Shown here: positions 23,642-34,100 of the stretch, in pieces | Layout: the number at the start of each line of letters is the position of its first letter | Numbering within the stretch: position 1 is the stretch's first letter | Assembly (NCBI GenBank): GCA_900617105.1 | Contig: UYFQ01000241.1 | Span: forward strand, 1-38,595 | Length of the DNA: 38,595 nucleotides | Direction of reading: 5' to 3' | Origin: Hydrurus foetidus | Taxonomy: Eukaryota | Position numbers and translations under genes: made by a program | Notes under the pieces: model-generated | What the model saw: only the letters and a program-made list of their open reading frames with translations | What the model was told of the DNA's origin: nothing | Databases searched by the model: none

Positions 23642-26451
23642 TCCCCTGCCCCGCCTTCTCCAATCAGCCAAAATGCTCGTCCCCTTCCCGGTCCAGTACG
23701 CCCCCCATAGACACATCGGGTCTCTCTACTTCCCTAGCTTATTCGTTTCGTTTTTAAAATACGCTTACGCCGTTGATAACGAGAAAGATATTGCAGTTTA
23801 TCCTCTATGTTGTGCTGCTGCTTGTAACTTATAAGCGGCACCGTAATAAGGGGGTCGCTAGACAGGGCAGACCGCAGGGTCCCGACTGAACATGCCTCCG
23901 CATTGATTTTATCGCAGCACACAGTCGGCACCGGATAAGGACCAGACCTTGACAGAAAAGGTGATCTTCCAGTCGTACGTTGTCGCGTTGTGTACGAAAA
24001 GTAAGTCTCCCAGTGGAGGGGTTCCGAATGTCTCGTATCCCCAAGTGTTTGTGTACGTACGGGTCGTGAGTACGTGCCCCACACCACGCAGATATTGCAG
24101 AGGAATTGCCATGTCTCTATCGAATGCGTCAAACGCTGTAGGAGGAGTGCTATGTCCCTCCAGGGCCAAGTGGAAATATCCGGATAGCACAATAGATCCA
24201 GTCGTACGTACGAGCACGGATGGCTCTTAACCATCTTGCACGGTAAATGCCTCTGCAGACGACTGGCGCTGCCACGGCTGGCGCTGACACCCCCGATACC
24301 TCTGCGCCCTCTGTCGCACCTCGCACTAACCCAACGTGCACTGTGCCGACCCTTCCGCCGGGATGGCCAGCCATCGCGCTTTATTTCTGAAAGGTAGATG
24401 TTGGTGCGGGTAAGGTGAGTCTCCGCTCTCTTATATGATTATGGTAAGGGCTTGCACTTGTGTGCTTGTGCCCTTACCAGGGCCATAGTCGCGTAGTATC
24501 CTGACAGATACAGTATACCACGCGGATATAGCCCACACATATACAATGCACTGAGCTTTCTACCGTCAACATGACGGCAGGACTGCTACTCACTGTAGCA
24601 GTCGGGCCTTTTCTACGGCTACACACAAGTGCCGTAGACAGTGCAAGGTGCTACAACACAAGTACAATCAGAGGCTTGTCATATCAAGCTTGTCACAAGT
24701 GCATAGACTGCATTCATACATTACAGGGCTGTTTCTTGTGCATGTGAAATCAGCCGTCACAGCGTGTACTGGGCCACACGACCACGACAGTACACACTCG
24801 ACTCATTATCACACATGCACAGACAGTCACGCCCGTAAATAACACACCAATCAACACTACGGGGCTGTTTCTTGCGCATGTGAAGATTGCCCAACCAGGA
24901 CAGTCCGCTATCTTCGGCTCACTGGCCTCAGACGGTGTATACCAGTCTACCACAGACGGTATACACCAGACGCCACTTATCACACATGCGCAGACAGACA
25001 CACCCATCAGTGCTATGTTGTACGCACTCGAATGATACTCATCATTCTTTGCTTACGCAGGGTGTGGATTCAACCTCGGTTAATCGGGTTGAATCCACAA
25101 AGCATCAACGCATACGCACACCACCAACACTATGGTGCCGTAAGTTCATATCAGCTTATCACTTCTATGATCGCCTGCGATTTATCTATAACAATACACT
25201 CTCACCTAGAGGACATTGTCCTGCCGCGCCGCTCGTTGTGGCGTTGCCTTCTTGACGGAAGGCACTGCGAAGGGTTCACGCTAGATAACCGCTGCACCCG
25301 CCGCTGCATCCTTTCTTCGCTAGGATCTTGGGACTATCTATTAAGATAGTTCTATAACAGTGCTCGCTGCAGCAGTGCATTCTAGACGGCTTGTACTAGA
25401 TGGCAGCCGCACGGGTGGCTCACCGTGAAGAGCTGTGAGGCGTGTGGCTGCTCCACCTTGCGGCCCCCGCATATTGATCATGTTGGCCGCTTCCCAAACG
25501 CCGAATTAGATCGCGCGGTTGGGCCCCTCCTACGAGTGGCGATGACGTGTAAGACCTGTCGTGTATCCTTTGAATTGTCCAGGACTTCTAAATGCCTACG
25601 TAGACGATGCCGCTTTGGTACTTCAATTATCGATCTAACCCATCGCGTACAGCACGCCTACCACTGGCGAAAACACCCCCAAAACCTTTTCGCGTTCTGA
25701 AGTATAATAAAATCGTTCGGGCTTCACTGAACTTCGATCATTGCTGATCACTTGTACCTTCGAATTCAATAGACGGAATGGTACTATTCAAAAGACGAAA
25801 TAGTAACCTATATTTCGTCTCAAGTACATAAAAACATATAATATTCCGTGTTTTAAGTAAATTCACGTTTTTTTTTTTCCTTTTTTCTTTTTTCTCAAAG
25901 AGCTCTTCTCCACATAGAGCTTTTGTATCATTTCATTTCCTTCTCTATAGTCAATAGTTTGTTATTCATTTATAATCTTCTTTTTTCTTGCAAGAATAAC
26001 CGTTTAACTGCTCTCATTCATTTATTCATTTTTGCTTTTAGTTTCATTCTTTGATTTTTGATTCGATCAGGAGCAACTTTTGACACTCTTAGTCGGATGA
26101 GGTAGATAATCATCATTTTCTACGTGTCTGGAATAATTTTCTAGGGAAAGACGGAATGATATCCTATATTTCGTATCCAGTACAGAAAATCGCATAATAT
26201 TCCATATTCCAAATCCATCCACTTCTCTTTTCTTTTCTCTCAAAGAACTGTTCTAGAGTAGAAGAAGGAGAGGAGTAGTTTCTGTAACAGTTCAACTATT
26301 TTCACTCATCTATTATTTATTTTTCATTCTCCTGCATTTTGCTTCATTTTCCCTTCATTTGCGGTCACCTCCTCCTTTTTCTTTTACTTCGTTGTTGATC
26401 AAAATCCAAATTGTAGACTCCTAAATGTATTTTCTCTGTGATGTCCCACAA

Positions 26452-26529
26452 GCTCATCTGGCCAAGTGGTGTAGCGGTGTCGTACCAAATTAAACGCTAA
26501 GAGTCGGGGGATCGATCCCCTCGGCGGCC
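26452..26529 (+). pseudogene. tRNA-like unit (pseudogene or SINE head)
   Basis: A box tggccaagtgg; T-arm ggggatcgatcccc with B box; tttt just downstream. Acceptor and anticodon stems do not pair properly. Confidence 0.6.
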
Positions 26530-26563
26530 TGTTTTAATTATAGCATATGAGTCGTGGAATATG

Positions 26564-27082
26564 TTACATGCAACCCTCTAATGAGCCACCTATTTCTCGT
26601 CGACAGTGCCACCACATTGACGTCAAAAAGGAAATCTTAAGGTAGAGACGTGCCGGTCTGATTCCAGCTGATATCGGCGGTAGAATCCATTGCACGATTC
26701 TAACTCTAACAGCGGTGTCTCTATCCATTGCGAAGAGCTGATATCCCTTGCCTGTTCGCTTAGATCGATTGACAAAAAATGACCGCAGAACTTGGACAGT
26801 GCTGATGCCCGGAAGAGATGTGTCGAACAGACTCAGTAGCCTTCTAAAGCGCCTCCATATTTCCTCCAACGCTCTTTCACTGAACTTGGCATGCTGAACT
26901 ACGCCCTTTTGTGCGTCTCCTTCTATAAGATCACTATGCCCGATAGCTAGCACATCCCACGCGCACAAGCGCAGCTCGCTCGCTGTCTCGACGCCCCCTC
27001 CATTCCTCGAGACATTGAGAGAGCGAAGTATTTCTCCATCGACATTTTTAAAGTCGTTGGAGAGTTCCGATGTCATATCCAT
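26564..27082 (-). CDS. Hypothetical 172-aa protein inside the CCCC-TIR element, possibly truncated
   Basis: ATG ORF with globular-looking composition in its first 120 aa or so; no family recognised. Confidence 0.4.
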   Translation of the reverse strand: MDMTSELSNDFKNVDGEILRSLNVSRNGGGVETASELRLCAWDVLAIGHSDLIEGDAQKGVVQHAKFSERALEEIWRRFRRLLSLFDTSLPGISTVQVLRSFFVNRSKRTGKGYQLFAMDRDTAVRVRIVQWILPPISAGIRPARLYLKISFLTSMWWHCRREIGGSLEGCM

Positions 27083-27638
27083 CGCCTTGCCGTATAATTT
27101 TTCACTGTCTCAATGTTACGCCGTTGCAAAATAATCTTGCTACGCTGCTGCAATGACCAGCAAACAGGTGCAGTGGATCAAACGCTGCGGTCAAGTCGTG
27201 ACCGCAGCGTTTTAAAAGATGTGATGCATGCATGTGAGATAGGCTGTGGCGAACACTGCCTATCCTGCCTGGGGCAGGATTTGACTGTGTCCCAGAATCC
27301 CAGGCAGGCTGGACCTAAATAGCCTTAATATTACAGGTAATATTGAGTTTAACAGCCCGAAAGTTATTGCATATTAATCCTTGGATCAAGCTGAATCCAA
27401 AAACCCCATAAAAACATGACATCAGAATATCAGATGATGATTTCATAAAATCAGATGGGAATTGTGTTTGGTCACTCAACTTGTTGATGCTGAGACCGAT
27501 ATCTCCACACCCAATCTAGCTCAAGGCGCGGCACAGCTGGCATCCCAATTACATCATGATCGTGTGAAGCAGAAAAATAATGCAATCAAACATAAATAGA
27601 ATGTCATTATGTCATGTACACCTCATTAAGACTTCAAC

Positions 27639-28401
27639 AGCAGTTATATGTACCTGCGATGTTGTATAACTTACGAACTATGCTGAGTTATCATGAGATA
27701 CATTGTAAATATTGTTTGCACACTTTTGGACTATATGATACAAGCTCTTAATAGTAACATACAGCATCTGGGGTATCTATCAATGATATATACCATATTT
27801 TAACTTAAATAGCAGTTATATGTACCTGCGATGTTGTATAACTTACGAACTATGCTGAGTTATCATGAGATACATTGTAAATATTGTTTGCACACTTTTG
27901 GACTACATGATACAAGCTCTTAATAGTAACATACAGCATCTGGGGTATCTATCAATGATATATACCATATTTTAACTTAAATAGCAGTTATATGTACCTG
28001 CGATGTTGTATAACTTACGAACTATGCTGAGTTATCATGAGATACATTGTAAATATTGTTTGTACACTTTTGGACTACATGATACAAGCTCTTAATAGTA
28101 ACATACAGCATCTGGGGTATCTATCAATGATATATACCATATTTTAACTTAAATAGCAGTTATATGTACCTGCGATGTTGTATAACTTACGAACTATGCT
28201 GAGTTATCATGAGATACATTGTAAATATTGTTTGTACACTTTTGGACTACATGATACAAGCTCTTAATAGTAACATACAGCATCTGGGGTATCTATCAAT
28301 GATATATACCATATTTTAACTTAAATAGCAGTTATATGTACCTGCGATGTTGTATAACTTACGAACTATGCTGAGTTATCATGAGATACATTGTAAATAT
28401 T
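27639..28401 (+). repeat. Tandem array A: 172-bp unit, about 4.4 near-identical copies
   Basis: Unit starts (agcagttatatgtacctgcg) at 27639, 27811, 27983, 28155 and 28327. Confidence 0.97.
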
Positions 28402-28537
28402 ATTTAAGAGTTGATGAAGTACATAAGATAAGTTGTCAACGACGACAAACATTATCTAGAGTGGTTATTAACAATACAAATACCGTGTTTTGACTAGAAC
28501 AGCAGTTTTTGTGTACCTGCGAGGTTGTGTATAACTA

Positions 28538-29244
28538 CGATCATGTTAAATATCATTAACAGCTTGTATCGTGTACTCCACAAGTGCACAAACAATATTT
28601 ACAATGTAGCTTGTGATATCCACACGTGGTTAGTTTGTTACACAACCTCGCAGGTACATAAAAACTGCTATTTAAGTCAAAATACGGTGTATATGTTGAA
28701 ATTAACTTCTACCGATCATGTTAAATATCATTAACAGCTTGTATCGTGTACTCCACAAGTGCACAAACAATATTTACAATGTAGCTTGTGATATCCACAC
28801 GTGGTTAGTTTGTTACACAACCTCGCAGGTACATAAAACTGCTATTTAAGTCAAAATACGGTGTATATGTTGAAATTAACTTCTACCGATCATGTTAAAT
28901 ATCATTAACAGCTTGTATCGTGTACTCCACAAGTGCACAAACAATATTTACAATGTAGCTTGTGATATCCACACGTGGTTAGTTTGTTACACAACCTCGC
29001 AGGTACATAAAAACTGCTATTTAAGTCAAAATACGGTGTATATGTTGAAATTAACTTCTACCGATCATGTTAAATATCATTAACAGCTTGTATCGTGTAC
29101 TCCACAAGTGCACAAACAATATTTACAATGTAGCTTGTGATATCCACACGTGGTTAGTTTGTTACACAACCTCGCAGGTACATAAAAACTGCTATTTAAG
29201 TCAAAATACGGTGTATATGTTGAAATTAACTTCTACCGATCATG
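28538..29244 (-). repeat. Tandem array B: 175-bp unit, 4 copies, inverted homolog of array A
   Basis: Unit starts (cgatcatg) at 28538, 28713, 28887 and 29062. Shares aaacaatatttacaatgta, agcttgtatc and tcgcaggtacata with the reverse complement of unit A. Confidence 0.95.
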
Positions 29245-29259
29245 CACCAATTTTTTGAG

Positions 29260-29439
29260 CTTTTGCCACGAAGTATTACATTACTTTGCTAACTCCACTC
29301 GCTACTGCATGACTATGACACCATCTTTAGTAGCAGCTGAAAGGGTTATTTCTATGTTGAGGAATTCATTCACAATTGATCAGATGATTGATCATAAGAT
29401 TCTACTGAAGGTTCTGTAACATCGCAGTACAACGAATAA
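29260..29439 (+). pseudogene. hAT transposase C-terminal dimerisation-domain remnant
   Basis: Translates to YFANSTRYCMTMTPSLVAAERVISMLRNSF and, after a frameshift, TEGSVTSQYNE*, resembling PSSAxxERxFS...MLQYN. Confidence 0.75.
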
Positions 29440-31169
29440 AATGTCTTTATCAATCAATATTTCTCGCGATAATTGAACCAGTTTTGCCATTCAGAATCTT
29501 CATAGAACACTGTTAAAAGAGCCTTAAAACGCGGAATTTTTTAAGGGGGGACACGTCCCCCCTTAAACCCCCCTTTGGGGGAACCCTTCCCGTTCCCCCC
29601 ACACCCCCTACCCGTACCGTCGCTGAAAATATCTCAGGCAGGATATGAAAATCTGGTGGGCAAGATCCGCCTGAGCCTAATGTGAGATAGCTATGCAACG
29701 AGACTTGCGTCTCTCAATTATAAATCATGTGGATGGAAGACTATACGGTATACGGGACTGCCCGGTCGCTTGGAATTCCGATCCAGAGAACCTATCCTAC
29801 CCTCCGCAAGCTCCGGTTATCCTCTAAATTTTTCGCTTTTTTAGTATGGTGTGGGGTGATTTGGAAGTGACTTGAGGTGTTTGAGTTTTCGGTACGAAAA
29901 GCAGACATTTTATTCTGCGACGGTAATACTCTGTACGGTACTGTAGATTTGTGATGCAGGTTGCGATACAGATATTTGGTTTTAAATCTGTATCGCAGCC
30001 TGCATCGTGTACAATACAGAATACAGAGTACAGAATATATGTTGTATTTGGGATTTCGGCGAATCTGGTGGAAGAGGAAGAAGACTTTTAAAATTGAAAA
30101 GCTTTAAGATCAACTTGATAATTTTATCTGTGCGTCACCATACCTGCTGTTGGCGACGTAGCCTCTCTTTTCTGAATATCACAGAATGCATGGCTCACAC
30201 AATTTAATTTGAACATCATTTGTGTTACTATCTCAGAAGCAATGTTATTTGAAAATATGTCATATTAGTATTTCATGTTATCGTACATATTTATCTGTGA
30301 TGCTCGAAACATGTGAGGGTAATTTCAAATATTCAGAGGTTTAGTCTTCATCACCACAGCCTACGAGCAGCTAATAATACGGCCGTACCAACCGAAATGA
30401 TCGGGATAGATGTGATAAGAAAATCAATATGACCGCACCAGCACCGGTTAGAAGAAGTTGAGAAAAATAGTCGTGAAAAGAGAAAATCCAACTTTATAAT
30501 GTACATATGAGACCTGAGGGTAGCCTAAGACTAACCCAATAAGGAATGAGGGTTAATCATCTGACAAAAAGAAGGCGCTTGTAGTCGCCGCAGAAGCCCT
30601 AAACAGCATGCTGTGGAGTATAGTTTTTATTTATTTTACTGCAAACGAGTTCAACACAATGTGACTCGACGTGAATTTCAAATTTGAATGAATGTTCTTC
30701 GTCTGACAGTTGGGATGTGCCGCTAGTAGATCTCAGATCTCAGAGCCAACTAGGGGCCCCAGGTACAGCTGAGGCACCGGTGTCCACCTCTTCTCTTGCC
30801 ATCTCTTTTCATATTCTCATCTCTTCTTTTCTCTTTAATCCATGATCGCCTGACTTGGATGAATTCATCAGCACCTGCATATCCCAACCAGCGACTAGTA
30901 GCACTGCAGTATAAGAATCCAACAGAACAGCTCCAAGAACACCGAGTGCTGTAGACTGTCCATCCCAGCGGTCAGTTGATAATGGCATAGCGCACCGCTC
31001 GATGCACTGTACCACTTCGGACAGTAGTACGCCACGATCAGACACACTTACGATGCCGAGCAATTTCCTGCTGCAATCGGTGTTATCACTGGATGAAGAG
31101 GACTGCTCGAGGTCTTCACAACACACCGCAATTACATCACATCACGACATTGCATGGCATCATATGACA

Positions 31170-34100
31170 TCAGGATGTCTTCTGTCTCTTCTCCCCTTGA
31201 GCCCCCCGCTTCTTCAAGAACCTTTGCATGAATTGCCTCATGTTCACTGGGATAGGATCGTCAATTATTTCCCCAAGGGGACTTATGTGCTCGACTTTTC
31301 TGGGTGCCCTGCTATAGACTTCCACTTGTGTATTGGCACCTTGAATGGAACTGCCACTAGTACCACTGTTGTTGTTAGTGACGCTACTACTGCTGCTGCT
31401 GTGTTGCGCATTTGTTGATGCGTCGTCATTGATATACGCTCCCTCAATTCTGCTGCTATTTCCATTTATGCCACAACTGCTAAACGCCAAGGAAACACAT
31501 GTATTTTTCTTCGGAACTGTCGAGGATCGTGACGTTACGACACCTCTTCTCACTGCGATAGATTGGCCGTCATCGACTCTACCGAGAAGCAAGTCAGCCT
31601 GTCTAAAAACAGAACAAATAGAAATACGGTCTTTCTGTAACGCTTTTTTCAAGTAGTCCGTGAGTTGCACGTTGGAGGGATTGGAGAGGGCGTCTTTTTC
31701 TTTTTCCCTTTCTTTATCTTTCGCTCTAATGGAAGAGGACATGTACGACTGTGTGTTTGAATCATTCGATCTGCTGTGAGTGTCAGAAGTGTCACCGTTA
31801 TTGTCTACGATATGATCCCTTCGTAATCTGGAATAGTAGTACATGACATCCTCTGCTCTGACTGTTGCTCTGTGTGTGTGCATGTACGATATTAGAGAGC
31901 GTACGTTTCCTGAGGCAACAAATGTCGAGTCTAAGAAGGCTGCTATGTCACTCTCGCTCCATTGATGTTTGAGATGTTCGGCAACGATTCCTTCCACTTT
32001 AGCGTTTGTCTGAGTAGATTTTGGAATGTAGATCAATTTTAAGAATGGATTTAGGTGTATATAGTTATCAGCACTGATTGACATCGCGACACCAAAGCAA
32101 AGCGAAGCAAAGCAAAGTAGGGCATAGTAGGCTGAGGAATAGAAGGGCAAAGCATGACAAAGTAGAGGATAGTATAGCTTTTCATAATGAGATAACACAC
32201 AGCATTGCACGGTTAAGTTTGGAACGGCAAAACAGAGCAAGGTAGAGGAACTCTAGTGACGTGCATGGCAGTATAGATCGAGTGATGTAAACCACAACAA
32301 GCCCTTGAACACTCAAACACGATAATTGATAATGACGCAGGATTTAAGATGAAAGGAGGAAAGGACTAGGGGCATCAATGATTGAAGTGTCATACAGCAA
32401 TAAAACAAAACGTTTACAGAAATAACACAAACAGTGTCCGCGAATAAAATTGAGAGGAAAGAGAGCTTGAGAACTTAAGAGTATTATTCTTGCATCAAAT
32501 CTACTGAACAACGGCAATACCGCCATCAAATAAAATGAAATGAATTCTGACTAAATAGGAACGATACTGTGACGAGATTGAGGTTCATCGACTGACCTTC
32601 GGTAAAGAGTACATGGTTTCGTGGAGGAAAGATAGAACTTTATCGTCCGGTATGACACGGCAACATGCAGAGCACGGAACAGTAACGATCTGTAAAATAG
32701 TGGAGTAGTAATAGCAAGCAATTAGATAAGTCCTTTATGCGTAGAAAATCAAAACGCGTGCCTAATACGTGAGTAAATAAGATTCGAACGCTCTTCAACT
32801 GTCAAAAATGGATGTTTAACATAGTGTGAAATGGAGGCCAGTAGCTTGCAATGGCGCTGGAGCAGTGATGATAAAGTAAAAATGACAAATGCGGTAAAAA
32901 TGATACACGCCATCGTGTCTACATACGTATCGCAACACATACGTTCTATTGTATGAACACATGGTATAGTATTACAAGACGCACCTCATCTCCAACGCCT
33001 GTGTGGATGGACAGCATGGGCTGTGGCGAGATGTCCGGTGTGCGTTGTTCTTGCTGTCTCGTAGCAAGTGCTCTTCTGTCATCGAATACTAGTGATGATG
33101 ATGCTGTTGCTATCCCTATGGCTGGTGTTGATGCTGCTGCTGCTGCTGATGTTGACGATGACAATACTGATGACGATGATGTTGAAGCACTACCACCGAC
33201 AGAAGAAGAGCGAGAAAGAGGAGATGCACTGCATGCACTTGCAATTGCTCCACCAAGATTGCAAGCACCAACTGATGGGAATGGAGAGGAAGATTGCTTC
33301 AAGAAGAAAGGGGCCCTCACAACACATCCAAACCGTGCACTTTTGACCCCTGCCCCCACCCCCTGAGAAATTCTTTTACTGCTTCTACTGGCGTACTGAG
33401 ACTCCTCTCCTCTTTCTTTTTCTTTTTCGTTCGATTTAGAGGCGTTTAGAATGTCTCCACCTACACCATTAGACTTCCCTACCCGTGCATCAATTTGTTC
33501 CGTACTAACGTCAACTCCTCCTTTGATGTACGTTACAATCATACCCGGCACGAATTGAGTGAACATTCCTGAGTACAGCGCTTTATCCGCTATTGAATCC
33601 GAAGACTCTTGTTTTGAGGGCGATATTTGAGGGCGCTTGACAGATGGAGAGGAGGAAACGCGGGAAGGAGTGGGTGAGTTATGGCTGGACAGAGACGAGG
33701 AGGGAAAAGAGACAGAGGAGGGGGTGATAGAGGGAATAAAGGAGGACGAGGAGGAGGAAGAAGAAGACACTGTCTTGATGGTGTCATCAGCAGGCGAGTT
33801 GTCTGTGACGACAGGCGACCAGTAGCACGGCACATCCACCAATACAGTTGAGTAAGTGCCATTTCCTCTCTCAACAATGCTTGTCACAACCTCTGTGGCT
33901 ATCTGGTTCGTATATACAGGCACTTCAACTATAGGAGATGACGCAGCAACACTCTTTGTGATAGCATCTGAATGGACATCTTTCGGATTGTACAAAGGAG
34001 ACCATACTCTGGACTCATACGCTGAAGGCGGAGTGAACTCTTTAGAACTTGTGATGATATTTTTAAAATTCGGATGCAATGGTACATCTGCTTGAAAATC

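Larger units (their letters stand above)
27240..29679 (+). mobile_element. Non-autonomous hAT element, 2440 bp
   Basis: 8-bp TSD atgtgaga (27232-27239, 29680-29687). Imperfect TIRs taggctgtggcg / cgcctgagccta. Subterminal tatcctgcctg / caggcaggata. Carries a hAT C-terminal remnant. Confidence 0.9.
22985..29856. mobile_element. Large non-autonomous TIR element with CCCC termini and TGA duplication (superfamily uncertain)
   Basis: Perfect 19-bp TIRs ccccacaccatactaaaaa / tttttagtatggtgtgggg. TGA at 22982-22984 and 29857-29859. Subterminal inverted block ggataggtactc / gagaacctatcc. Confidence 0.85.

Noticed and set aside
24480..24645. Group I intron core or hammerhead ribozyme
   Set aside because: gatatagcc resembles the S element and GAAA is present, but no P/Q/R elements or CUGANGA core occur in the right arrangement.
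23370..25700. Short ORFs as viral capsid or retroelement proteins
   Set aside because: Overlapping short ORFs are expected in GC-rich DNA; no RT, endonuclease, recombinase or capsid motif was found.
27639..29244. CRISPR array, or repeated 63-aa ORFs (MLNIINSLY...)
   Set aside because: Units are head-to-tail with no unique spacers, no cas genes are present and the context is eukaryotic. The ORFs are by-products of the repeat and one copy is frameshifted.
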